Shown piece by piece: positions 46,471 through 55,796 of a stretch of DNA of 61,023 nt. The translations under genes were made by a program, and so were the position numbers. The notes under the pieces are model-generated. The model worked only from the letters and a program-made list of their open reading frames with translations. It was not told the DNA's origin and did no database searches. Source of the stretch: a virus (taxonomy: Duplodnaviria > Caudoviricetes); IMG/VR virus record IMGVR_UViG_3300042554_000484, positions 1 through 61,023 of that record. The stretch is one strand, 5' to 3'. The stretch's first letter is position 1. Each line of letters begins with the position of its first letter.

Positions 46471-49400
46471 CTACCTCCGCGCCGTCTGGGCCTGCTGCGC
46501 GACCTGCGCCAGGGCCTCCATGACCGCCAACTTCACGGTCGAGGATACGGCCGCAGCGTTAGCGCCGTCACCCACCGAAACCTGCACCTGCACCCCACCG
46601 CTCGCCACCGTGATCGGCGCCCCGGTAGCCCCGACAGATGGAACGTAGGTGGTAGTAGCCGATCGGCCCGTGCGATTACCACCGCCGTTGCCGCCTCGAT
46701 TGCCGCCGCCGCCTCCGCCGCCGCCGGTGGCCGGAGGGGTCAGGGCTGCCTGCCAAGCCCTCGCGATCTCCTCGCCGATGGCCTTGATCGCCTCAAGTAC
46801 CACAGTCTTCTCCGCCTCAAGGCCAGCAAGGGTCTGCGCGAGAAGATCCCTACCCGCCGCATACCCAACGTCCAGAAGGGGAGCAATAGCAGTCTGAATC
46901 CCCGCGACCGTTTCGTCGATCTGCTTGACGACACCGTCATACTCACTCTCAAGGCCATCCCGCAGTTTCTTCGCCGCCGTGACACCCGCGTCATACATGA
47001 TGCCGGCCTGAGTATCACCGAACTTGGCCGCCGTCTCCTCATTCTTCGCCGTCAACGAGTTGATGTAGGCGACCTGCTCCGCACTAGCACCCGCCAACAC
47101 CGCAGCGAAAGAACCACCCTGATCCGGTCCAGCCTCAAGGATCTGCTGGATGACGCTCTCCGAAACACCCTTCTTACGCAGCGCCTCGATATTCTTGATG
47201 TACGTCGCCGTCGCGGCGGCACGCTGCTCAAGACCCTTGATGAACTCCTCAGTCGACGACACGTTGCCGCTGATCTTCGAGAAGTTACGAATCGAATCAG
47301 CAAACTTCTTCTCAGCGTCCTCCCGTACGCGGGTCGCTTCAGCGAACTTAGCCTCGGCATCCGCGAGTTGCTTCGCCAGCCCTTCACGCTTGTTGATGAG
47401 ATCGACAAGAGCCTGAGTCTGCGCCCGCAGATACTCGACAGTCGGATCAGCAACTCCATCCTCATAACCATCGAGGCGAGCGCGAACCATCTCCTCGAAC
47501 TTGTCGAACAGTTGAATCGCCTGATCGACACTAATCGAAGCCGAGTTGTACGCCTTCTCGAACTCGCTCGACTGGCCGAAACGACGCTCCATGAAAGCAG
47601 CGAGACTCTTGCGAGCATCTTCGCGAGCCGCCATTCGATCCTGAATAGCCTCGATTTCAGCGTTGATCTCATTGAGACGGCCAGTCAACTTCTCAAGGTC
47701 GCGAAGTTGGGTCTCGAACCGCTCACTGACATTACCCATGACACTGTCGGCGTAAGCCTGAGCAGCCTCACGAGTCATACCAGCCTTACGGGCACGATCG
47801 TAAAGACGCTGAGACATCGCATCCCATGCCGCGTCGATACCCTGCCCACCTGCCAGGTCTGCCATGAGTTGAGTACGAATATCCCCAAGTCGCTCACGCG
47901 GCATCGTCGCAAGTTTCCTAGCCGCAGCCACATTCTTCAGAGCAACCTTGTACGCCTTGGCAGCGTCCGTAGAATCCCGAAGCGCCATCGCGAGAGCACG
48001 CTCCGCAGCAGCCACCTCGCGAGCCGAAGCCTCACCCTTGCTGCGCTCCGCACGAACATCCTTCAACGCCTGACGCGCATCAGCAACACGATCGTTCGCG
48101 TCCTTCATCGCGAACCAGGCATCCTGCACCGTGCGGCCAACATCGCGAACGAAGTCCTGAGCGCCCCGCAGCCACCCCATCTTCAGACCCGCGATAAGAT
48201 CATCACCGATCTCCATAAACACACGAGACGGAGACTTGATCTCACCGGCAGCCTTGGCCGCAGCAATTGCAGCCCGGACTACCTCGCGAGCCGCCGCCGC
48301 GACCGGGCCTTGCCCGTTATTCAGACTTACAATCATGCCCTGAATCAAGGCGTTCGCGATCACGTTGCCCGTGTTGCGGACCTGCCCGGAAGTCTGCACA
48401 AGGCCCTGCACCAAGCCGACACCGACCATGCGGCCAGCCTCAATAGCGAACGTCGAAGGCGACGACACACCCGCGCCGGCGTTCATGCCGTCGATGAGCG
48501 TCTCGCCACCTACCAGGCCAGCCGCGTTGATGGCCGACTCCTGCTCCGACATGCCCGCAGTGATGCCCTGCGCGATCGCGTTGCTCACGTCAAGGCCCGC
48601 AGTCTCAGCCGCAGTAACAGCGTCGCCCATGTTCTCGACTGCCTGCTTCGATGCGTCGATCGACCCCTTGATGCTGTTGTACAGATCCGACTCAGTAGGC
48701 TTGATGCCCTGACCCTTCAGGCCAGCCTTGACCTCAGCCTCCAAGTCCAACAGCGCCGCCAACTCTTGCTGCGGATCCTGAAGAGACTTCGCGTAAGCCA
48801 TCTGCGCTTCCGCGTAACTCAACACCGAGTCACGGTTAGCGGTAGCGGCCTCGTTGTTCTTGTCGATACCGGCCGTGTTCTCGGCCAACTGCTCCTTCAT
48901 TTCGCGCAGAGCAGCCGTCGCCCGATCCGCTGCGCGTGCACCCGTGATGATGTCATTCAACTCAGAGTAGGTGTTCTTCAACGCCATCACGGCACGTTCA
49001 GTAGCGCGAGTGACCTCGGTGATAAGCCCTTGGTTCTGCTGCACCTGATAAGCCATGTGCGAGTGCGTTGTCGCCGTTTCCGCAAGCGACGACCGGATCG
49101 AGGTATCGGCCGCACGCGCCTCTACCGCAGCCTCTCGATACCCTCTACTTCTCTCGCGATTAGCCGCCTGCGAGGCCAGAGCGGACTGGTACTCCGCGTA
49201 TGCCTGATCGGCTGCCGCGTCGGCCACCTGCTGCGCCGCCTCTGTCGCCGCATCGGCCGCGCCCTGAAAGTTCTTCTCGAAGGTGAGCAACATGCCGGCA
49301 GTTTCATTAGGCAACAGGCCAGTCGCCATCGTTTCCTGAGCCGCGTCGATCTTCGCCTGAAACTCAGCCGCCGCCTCGCCGCCCTTGGAAATAGCAAGAG

Positions 49401-51018
49401 CCGCGTCATTGACGCTGATGCCCAAAGCCTGAAGAGTCGCTACGTCCTCACGGCTCAGATCCATGCGGAACTGCTCAGTGAGAGCCGCCTGCGTCATCTC
49501 GGTAAACGCACCCGTTGTCTCGTCGACAGTGTCCTTGAGTTTCGCGACAAGCGCCTCGGCCTGCGCCGATCGTCCGCTGAACACCTCGAACGCGACAGAC
49601 ACACCGATCAACGCCCAGCCAATAGGCCCCAGCGATGTGAGCAAGCCTCTCGCCGCAGTAGCCATGGTGCGGAAGGCGCCCACAACGGCAGTCGCCGTAG
49701 TCCTGGCAGTCAGCGCAAGTATCTGTAGCCCAGCGCGAACATTAGTGACGCTCACGAGCACGCCACCCGCAGCCAACTGTGCTCCCGTCCGCATCGTCGC
49801 GAACGATGCAGTGACACGCTTATTGGCGTTTTCCCAGCCGACTTGGTAACGCCGAGACAACAGAATCATCGTGCCCATGACGCCGATGAAGACTTGGATC
49901 GGACCAGGCAGCGCCTCGAACATACTCAGTACGGAGCCCAGGGCATTAGCGATAGCCACGATCGGACCAGCCAACGCGGAAATAATGTCGGCCATCCCAG
50001 TGAAAGCACCAACAATGTCGAAGATCGGTGGGATAAGGGCTGATGCGATAGGCACCAACTCCGTCATCAACTCCGCACCCTGAATGAGCGCGGGGCCGAG
50101 TTGCTGCGCGAAGCCTTCAGCCATCGTCTCGACCGCAGGCATTACGCCCATCAGGGCATTAGAAAGCATCGGCATCGACGGCATGAGACCGTCGATCAGG
50201 GCATTGTTTACCGTGTCAGAGAACGTCGACATGACGCCGGCAAGGGTCTTCGATTGCCGTTCCATAGCCCCAGCGGCACCGGGGAACTCCTGCATCGCCT
50301 TGATGATCGCTTGGATCGCGGTCTCGGAATCGAGAGCCCCCGACTCCATGGCCTTAGACATCGCTTGCATGTCACCAGAGAACAGTTGCTCCGCGATCGC
50401 GACCTTCGCATTGAAGCCAGGAAGAGCATTACCGATCTGCATAAGATCCTGAGACAGCACACGACCGGCAGACTTCATCTGACCGAACGCATAAACCACC
50501 GCCGAAATCGAAGACGCCGGCTGGCCCAGAGCCGAAACGATGTCACCGATCGCCGGAAGCAGATTGTCTTTCACTTCGTCGGCGGCGTAACCGATCGACA
50601 GCAGTCTCTTGACCGCATCCAATGTCTGCGGCAACTCGAACGGGGTGGTCGCGGCGAAGTCACGCAAATCACCCAGATACTCTTTCGTCTCAGACGTGGC
50701 CTGCTCAACCGTCTTACCCATCCCCACGAAGATGCCCTCGATGGAGATAACGGTCTGCTCGTAATCCTTAGCAGCCTGGATGCCCTGCATCGCGAACTGC
50801 TTGACCATACCCGTCGCACGGGTAAGCGCCTGAGCACCCAACGTACCCAGAGCAGCACCGAACGCAATGGTCGATGTCTTGACCTCGCCGATGGACTTAT
50901 CCATCTGCGGCAACTGGTCAGCGAACGCCTGCGTAGCACGCTGCGCGTCACGCACAGCACGCACATACGCGGACGTGTCAGCGGTGTACCGGGCGTCGAC
51001 ATGAGCGACTGTTGCCAC
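46471..51018 (-). CDS. Tape measure protein
   Basis: 1515 aa, Ala-rich; FAATTPFEL tape-measure N-terminal domain; SPS motifs. Confidence 0.93.
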   Translation of the reverse strand: MATVAHVDARYTADTSAYVRAVRDAQRATQAFADQLPQMDKSIGEVKTSTIAFGAALGTLGAQALTRATGMVKQFAMQGIQAAKDYEQTVISIEGIFVGMGKTVEQATSETKEYLGDLRDFAATTPFELPQTLDAVKRLLSIGYAADEVKDNLLPAIGDIVSALGQPASSISAVVYAFGQMKSAGRVLSQDLMQIGNALPGFNAKVAIAEQLFSGDMQAMSKAMESGALDSETAIQAIIKAMQEFPGAAGAMERQSKTLAGVMSTFSDTVNNALIDGLMPSMPMLSNALMGVMPAVETMAEGFAQQLGPALIQGAELMTELVPIASALIPPIFDIVGAFTGMADIISALAGPIVAIANALGSVLSMFEALPGPIQVFIGVMGTMILLSRRYQVGWENANKRVTASFATMRTGAQLAAGGVLVSVTNVRAGLQILALTARTTATAVVGAFRTMATAARGLLTSLGPIGWALIGVSVAFEVFSGRSAQAEALVAKLKDTVDETTGAFTEMTQAALTEQFRMDLSREDVATLQALGISVNDAALAISKGGEAAAEFQAKIDAAQETMATGLLPNETAGMLLTFEKNFQGAADAATEAAQQVADAAADQAYAEYQSALASQAANRERSRGYREAAVEARAADTSIRSSLAETATTHSHMAYQVQQNQGLITEVTRATERAVMALKNTYSELNDIITGARAADRATAALREMKEQLAENTAGIDKNNEAATANRDSVLSYAEAQMAYAKSLQDPQQELAALLDLEAEVKAGLKGQGIKPTESDLYNSIKGSIDASKQAVENMGDAVTAAETAGLDVSNAIAQGITAGMSEQESAINAAGLVGGETLIDGMNAGAGVSSPSTFAIEAGRMVGVGLVQGLVQTSGQVRNTGNVIANALIQGMIVSLNNGQGPVAAAAREVVRAAIAAAKAAGEIKSPSRVFMEIGDDLIAGLKMGWLRGAQDFVRDVGRTVQDAWFAMKDANDRVADARQALKDVRAERSKGEASAREVAAAERALAMALRDSTDAAKAYKVALKNVAAARKLATMPRERLGDIRTQLMADLAGGQGIDAAWDAMSQRLYDRARKAGMTREAAQAYADSVMGNVSERFETQLRDLEKLTGRLNEINAEIEAIQDRMAAREDARKSLAAFMERRFGQSSEFEKAYNSASISVDQAIQLFDKFEEMVRARLDGYEDGVADPTVEYLRAQTQALVDLINKREGLAKQLADAEAKFAEATRVREDAEKKFADSIRNFSKISGNVSSTEEFIKGLEQRAAATATYIKNIEALRKKGVSESVIQQILEAGPDQGGSFAAVLAGASAEQVAYINSLTAKNEETAAKFGDTQAGIMYDAGVTAAKKLRDGLESEYDGVVKQIDETVAGIQTAIAPLLDVGYAAGRDLLAQTLAGLEAEKTVVLEAIKAIGEEIARAWQAALTPPATGGGGGGGGNRGGNGGGNRTGRSATTTYVPSVGATGAPITVASGGVQVQVSVGDGANAAAVSSTVKLAVMEALAQVAQQAQTARR

Positions 51019-51032
51019 GGACCCGCCTCCTT

Positions 51033-51218
51033 CTAACTCTTACGCTTCATGGCCTGCTCGTGCTCCCAGTTGCGGAGTTGCCACAAGGCCATCCATTCAG
51101 TGAGTTCCTGGCTCGTAACAGGACGGTGGGCCGGGGAGCCATGAAGCAACTCCCCGACCGTCCGCCCAAGTTTCTCTGCCAACTCGAACAGGAAGCGTCT
51201 TTCAGGATTCTTCAGGAA
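51033..51218 (-). CDS. Tail assembly chaperone, frameshifted C-terminal part
   Basis: F.F.LA..LG.TV.EL...E..EW.A; lies in the +1 frame relative to the upstream chaperone. Confidence 0.7.
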   Translation of the reverse strand, partial: FLKNPERRFLFELAEKLGRTVGELLHGSPAHRPVTSQELTEWMALWQLRNWEHEQAMKRKS

Positions 51219-51564
51219 ATCGCTTCCCGGCAGCATCCGTTGACTGCTCACCCTCCATGCCGGAGAGGCGAAGCCCAACCTTCGCGAGACGGTCAATCGC
51301 CTGCGCCGACTTCTGCATCAGCGCCGCAACATCACCATCCTCGAAGATGTGAGCGCCAGTCGCGGGGTCGTATGCCGTGGCGATGACGGTCTCGGCGTAC
51401 AACATGCTCGCCTTGACCTCACCACCATCAGCAACGGCCTCGAAGATGCGTGCACGGTCAGCGCCGGACATGCCACGCACCTCGACAGTGACATCCCACT
51501 CGGGGATCTCCACCATCTCGGACGCGATGTCAGTTGCCTGAAGGATCTGGTCGCGCAAGGACAC
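51202..51564 (-). CDS. Tail assembly chaperone
   Basis: LRD.IL...D...E.V.IPEW.V.VEVRGM; between tail tube and tape measure genes. Confidence 0.82.
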   Translation of the reverse strand: MSLRDQILQATDIASEMVEIPEWDVTVEVRGMSGADRARIFEAVADGGEVKASMLYAETVIATAYDPATGAHIFEDGDVAALMQKSAQAIDRLAKVGLRLSGMEGEQSTDAAGKRFPEES

Positions 51565-51619
51565 TAGGGTCACTTCCTTTCGAGGGGCCACTAGGGCACG
51601 TTGTGGGGTTATTCAGTTA

Positions 51620-52048
51620 TCAGGAGGTGGCGCGGGTGATGGCGCCGGTGCACTGGAACGAAGCGGAGAACGTGCTCACGTCGCCGACGCTACCGGAAAC
51701 CTCGTAGGAGGTGAGGTAGCACTCGCCCGTGTACTTCGGGTTGCTTGAGCCAGCCGAACCGCCACCGGGCGTGTAGGCGAAAGTGACCGAAGCCTCCTGG
51801 CCGAGGATGCCGGAGAGAACCGCATCGACAGTGGAAGCGCCAGCCGCATCGAACTTGCCCGACACGCTGATCGTGGCGTCGGACAGGCCGATGATGTACT
51901 CCTTGGCGTTGTCGCCGAAGGTCGTGGTCTCTGCCGTCTCGATGTCGCGGCTGATCGAAACCTCGTCGCAGAACGCAGAGATGTCGACTGGGGTGCCGGC
52001 GGCATTGTCAATCTCGAACTTGCTCTTCTTGCCATGTGTGAAAGCCAC
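51620..52048 (-). CDS. Major tail (tube) protein
   Basis: HGK...ETAETTTFG...YI.GL.D.T.S.SG.FD...Y.G....TSYE.S..VGDV. Confidence 0.82.
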   Translation of the reverse strand: MAFTHGKKSKFEIDNAAGTPVDISAFCDEVSISRDIETAETTTFGDNAKEYIIGLSDATISVSGKFDAAGASTVDAVLSGILGQEASVTFAYTPGGGSAGSSNPKYTGECYLTSYEVSGSVGDVSTFSASFQCTGAITRATS

Positions 52049-52060
52049 TGTATGACTCCT

Positions 52061-52780
52061 TTACTTCCGGGCGAACGCCATTGTGTAGGTGACCGACCCG
52101 GAGGAGCCTCCGGGGGCGTGAGAGGCACGGAGGTAGCGATTCACCGTGCCCGTTACCGCGATGCGCTCGGCGGTCGCGGTAGTCGAGGAGACACTCGCGA
52201 AGGTCACGAGGTCAGCGAATGTGACGTTGTCCGACGAGTGCTGCACCTTGAACGTGCTCGACCCGTCGCGGGTGTTAGCGGTGACATGCAGGTAGCCGGC
52301 GCCACCATTAGCGGAAGATGCCGCGTTGTCCTGCGCTGTACCCGTGGCAGCGGTGGTGGCTGCCGTGTTCGCTCCAAGGAGCACACCACGGTCGATGCCG
52401 CCGTCCGCCTGAATCGACAGGCTCGTCGACACGACATCACCGACAGGGCTGCTGATCTCGTAGGAGGTCTTGCGGGCAGCGCACGAGTAGGACGCCTTAC
52501 CGACCGCCAGACCCTCGGGGGCGATAGTTGCGACGCTGGCAGCGTCAACACCCAGGGCCGCTTCGATCTGCTTGTCGACTGCGCTCTCGTCACCATCGAA
52601 CATGCCCGAAACGGACATGGTGCCGTCCTTCAGACCGATGATGTACGACTTAGCCGAAGAGCCGAACGTCGTCGTCTCCGCAGTCTCCACGTCCTGAGAT
52701 GCCGAAGCCTCATTGAAGAACGTCGACAGGTTCCCTGCACCGACGAGAACGCCGCTGCTCTTGCCATGGACGAAGGCCAT
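52061..52780 (-). CDS. Tail tube paralog with C-terminal extra domain
   Basis: N-terminal ~135 aa homologous to 51620-52048. Confidence 0.75.
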   Translation of the reverse strand: MAFVHGKSSGVLVGAGNLSTFFNEASASQDVETAETTTFGSSAKSYIIGLKDGTMSVSGMFDGDESAVDKQIEAALGVDAASVATIAPEGLAVGKASYSCAARKTSYEISSPVGDVVSTSLSIQADGGIDRGVLLGANTAATTAATGTAQDNAASSANGGAGYLHVTANTRDGSSTFKVQHSSDNVTFADLVTFASVSSTTATAERIAVTGTVNRYLRASHAPGGSSGSVTYTMAFARK

Positions 52781-52974
52781 TAGTCCTCATCTCCCTCGGG
52801 CTCGGGGGCGGGAGCCGGCTTCCCCGGCTTGGATGCTGCACCGGCGGGCTCGATGAGTCCCTGCTCGGTCAGCCACTTGATGCTCTTCGCGGGCAGGTCT
52901 TCGACCACATCTCCCGGCTCTGCACGACGGTCGGGCGGGTAGTCAAGCCCGACGAGAACCCTGTAAGCGGGCAC
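52780..52974 (-). CDS. Small conserved tail-region protein
   Basis: YRVL.GLDYPP..RAE.GDVV.DLP..SIKWL. Confidence 0.6.
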   Translation of the reverse strand: MPAYRVLVGLDYPPDRRAEPGDVVEDLPAKSIKWLTEQGLIEPAGAASKPGKPAPAPEPEGDED

Positions 52975-53104
52975 CCGGTCCACCTCCATGACGGCGCGTG
53001 TGGACCCCGCACCGCCTAGGCCACACGGGGCACGTCCAAGCGACGGACAGGGGCCACTATGGGCACGAATGTTGCTACCCCTCAGTCTAGGGGCACACAA
53101 GCAG

Positions 53105-53139
53105 GATCCCCGACTTCCGGGGGGATGAAGTCGGGGATC
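53105..53139 (-). terminator. 13-bp perfect hairpin
   Basis: gatccccgacttc / gaagtcggggatc downstream of a small inserted operon. Confidence 0.65.
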
Positions 53140-53178
53140 GTTTCTCACTCGGGCCAGGGGGAGTAGCCCGAGGGAGGT

Positions 53179-53328
53179 CTAATAGCAGGCGTTAGCGGTG
53201 CAGTGGCCGGCCTTGCGGTGGCCCATGGCCTGCCCGTTGTAGAGGCAGTTGTGGTGCGGGGGCACGGGCCGCTGACCTGCGGCTTGGGCGGCGTCGCACT
53301 CGGGACAGTCGGTGACGTAGTCGCTCAT
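53179..53328 (-). CDS. Small Cys/His-rich protein
   Basis: 49 aa, CPEC...HH.C...HCT..AC; AAGGGAG RBS. Confidence 0.55.
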   Translation of the reverse strand: MSDYVTDCPECDAAQAAGQRPVPPHHNCLYNGQAMGHRKAGHCTANACY

Positions 53329-53456
53329 GAGGTCTCCCTTCCAGGGTGCTTGGCCTTGCGCTTGTAGGTCTTGCCTGAGGGGATCGGGGAGGCCGCTGAA
53401 GAGCGGCGGCGCTCCAACACGACCCGCTGGTGGTCCGGGCTGCGGCGGGGTCTCAT
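53325..53456 (-). CDS. Small basic protein, ArfA-like tail motif
   Basis: RRSSAA.P...KTYKRKAKH. Confidence 0.5.
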   Translation of the reverse strand: MRPRRSPDHQRVVLERRRSSAASPIPSGKTYKRKAKHPGRETS

Positions 53457-54013
53457 GCCGCCACCTTGGGGGCAGGGAACTCGCTCATGACGTAGAGGGC
53501 TGCGGAGCAACCGGCCGGCAGGATGCGTGAGGTGAGCAGGCAGGTCTCCTGGGCCTCGACGAACTCGCCGCTGCTGGTCTGCACGGCCAGGTAGTCAGCG
53601 GGCACGAAGAAGGACTCGCCATCGGCGGTCTCGACCTTGGCCCGGAAGAACGTGGCCCGACGATCACTACGGAACTTGTCCTCGCCGTACCAAGTCACCG
53701 TGCCGGTCTTGCCCTTGTACTTGCGGCCACCGGTCACGAGGACCGTGGAGCCGGCCTTGACGAGGGTCTGCTCGTAGGCGGCCTGCACGGCGAGGGCTGC
53801 GGCCTTCTTGGTCTCGTAGAAGTCGGCGTAGCGGGCGAGCACGTCGGGGGTGGCGTCGACCTGAGCGATGAAGCCTCCACCGACAGCGGTGGATCCGGTG
53901 GTGACCCAGGTGAAGGTGCCCTTGTCGGTCTCGATGAGTGCGAGGAAGTCGCTGTCGTAGGCGCCGTTATTCTCGCGGGTGGCGATGACCTTGCCGGTGT
54001 AGTTCTTGTTCAT
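53453..54013 (-). CDS. KOW/SH3-like domain protein
   Basis: G..V.V..GRK.KGK.G.V.W. Confidence 0.55.
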   Translation of the reverse strand: MNKNYTGKVIATRENNGAYDSDFLALIETDKGTFTWVTTGSTAVGGGFIAQVDATPDVLARYADFYETKKAAALAVQAAYEQTLVKAGSTVLVTGGRKYKGKTGTVTWYGEDKFRSDRRATFFRAKVETADGESFFVPADYLAVQTSSGEFVEAQETCLLTSRILPAGCSAALYVMSEFPAPKVAA

Positions 54014-54048
54014 GGGATCCCCCTCCCGGCGGGGCCTTTCCCCGCTCA

Positions 54049-54076
54049 CAACCCAAGTGTAGCATAACCGGGGTTG
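54049..54076 (-). promoter_or_regulatory. Repeated promoter/operator
   Basis: caaccccggttaTGCTACACTtgggttg. Confidence 0.7.
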
Positions 54077-54087
54077 TGGACCTAATC

Positions 54088-54321
54088 CTAGAACGGCACC
54101 GAGTCGCGGATCTGCCTCACCCGAATGTGCAACTGGCAGGCATACGCGATCAGATCCTCGATCTCCTCAAGGGCATCCTGCACGATGGCCTCCATAGGGC
54201 GCTTCTCGAACCGCTGAAGCCCCGAACCGTCGTCGTACTGCAACATTCCAGGCCCCATAATCCGGTCGCCCAGGCGCTCCACAATGGTCGCGACCTCGGT
54301 CGCGTACTCCTCAGAAGTCAT
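54088..54321 (-). CDS. Small all-alpha protein, possible MazG/dUTPase-like NTP pyrophosphatase
   Basis: G..QY...ALEE..D.I.Y pattern. Confidence 0.45.
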   Translation of the reverse strand: MTSEEYATEVATIVERLGDRIMGPGMLQYDDGSGLQRFEKRPMEAIVQDALEEIEDLIAYACQLHIRVRQIRDSVPF

Positions 54322-54352
54322 GGCCCCACCCTAGAGGTTACCGGCCAGTAAC

Positions 54353-55537
54353 TTACTGAACCGCTAGGTCACCCCAACCACCATCGCCCACGACCAGCGA
54401 CACCATCCCAGCCGGAGCATCCTGCCCCGTCTTATGCCGCCACCATGTCGAGCCCCCATCGAGCGCAGGAATCTGCATAAACGTCTTCGCTCCCGACTGC
54501 TCCACCCGCAGGTGATGCAGATGAGCCGCCAGCAGCAGGGTCGCCGACCCGATCGGCTGCATCCCATGCGCCTGCCCAGCCCACCACTTGATCGGATCCC
54601 GCCCGAACTGATGCCCGTGCGCGAACCCCACCGGCGTCCCCTCGATGTCGAGGGTGATAGTCAACTCGTCACGGCCCGGAAACACGAAGTGCACATGCTC
54701 ATACCCCCCCGCCAGGTTTAGGGCGTCAGCGACCGCCACAGCCCCCTCGACGGCCCAGGAATCGTCGTACCGCCGCACCACCTTGCCGGCCCGCTCGACC
54801 TCGTCATGGTTCCCAGGGACAACCGGCACCACGACCTTCTCCGCCAGCCCAGCGAACTGTTGAATCTGGTGCATCATCAGCCGCCGGTAGATCCGCAACT
54901 GCTCCGAGACCGTCAGGTCCAGCCGGCCAGCCTGCGCCAGAGACCCCCCCTGAGACACATTGCCCTCGATGCAATCACCCAACCAGCCCAGGGTGATCGA
55001 GTCGATCTTCCGGCCCGCCTTACGCAACTCCTTCAGCCGGCGCACCGTCCCGTCAGTCTTGGTCAGGAACCGCTCGACCGTCCCCTCAGTACCGTCCCCG
55101 TCCGGCTTACCCAACTGAAGGTCACCGGCCAGCACCACATAGGAAAGGCCCCCGCCCTCAGCCACCGGCGGGGCCGGGCGCTTCTTCCCCACCGCCGCGA
55201 GCAACTCGTCCAGGCTCGACTGCCCGACCCTGCGGCGCCGCACATTGGCCCGGTAGTAGAACATGCGCTGCACATTGCCCTCGCCCAGGCCAGCGTCCCA
55301 GGCCCGGTACTGCACCGGCTCGACAACCTCATACTCGGCAGGGTCGAGATCCCACACCGCCAGCAACTCCGCCCAGTCCCGAGGCGGTGTCTCCATTGGC
55401 TGCGTCGTCAACGTCCCCGAGTTTCCATCCCACGCCACCCCCGGCTCCCACCCAGACGGGTGCCGCACCGTAGGCGCCTGATAGGTAGACGTATCACCGG
55501 CATTAGCCAATGCCTCAAGGTCAGATTCAAGGCTCAT
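54353..55537 (-). CDS. Calcineurin-like metallophosphoesterase
   Basis: GDLQLGK, LGDCIE, PGNHD, AHGH, AHLHH. Confidence 0.85.
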   Translation of the reverse strand: MSLESDLEALANAGDTSTYQAPTVRHPSGWEPGVAWDGNSGTLTTQPMETPPRDWAELLAVWDLDPAEYEVVEPVQYRAWDAGLGEGNVQRMFYYRANVRRRRVGQSSLDELLAAVGKKRPAPPVAEGGGLSYVVLAGDLQLGKPDGDGTEGTVERFLTKTDGTVRRLKELRKAGRKIDSITLGWLGDCIEGNVSQGGSLAQAGRLDLTVSEQLRIYRRLMMHQIQQFAGLAEKVVVPVVPGNHDEVERAGKVVRRYDDSWAVEGAVAVADALNLAGGYEHVHFVFPGRDELTITLDIEGTPVGFAHGHQFGRDPIKWWAGQAHGMQPIGSATLLLAAHLHHLRVEQSGAKTFMQIPALDGGSTWWRHKTGQDAPAGMVSLVVGDGGWGDLAVQ

Positions 55538-55796
55538 TGCGCTCGCCCCTCGCAACCGTTTCCTGAGCCTCCATCGCCGTGACGATGAGACTGTCGGCTA
55601 TCTGCCGAATCGTGTCGTGAATAGCCGTCAAGCCCGCATAGGTGATCGCGTCCTCAGACTTCAACGCCCCCGCCGCAGCGTCAATGCCACGCCGCTCCAC
55701 CATGCGGAGATACTCAACGAAAGCCGTACATTCGATCCACACCCGATGATTACCGGGCTCCACCATCATCGTGATCGCTTTCGTGTCTAGGGACAC
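55527..55796 (-). CDS. Hypothetical protein
   Basis: Coupled ORF, GTG start. Confidence 0.5.
   Translation of the reverse strand: MSLDTKAITMMVEPGNHRVWIECTAFVEYLRMVERRGIDAAAGALKSEDAITYAGLTAIHDTIRQIADSLIVTAMEAQETVARGERNEP

Noticed and set aside
47368-49728. Long plus-strand ORFs (also 17387-18964, 7936-8967, 41107-42072 and others)
   Set aside because: Antisense shadows of well-supported minus-strand genes, expected in high-GC DNA; no motifs.
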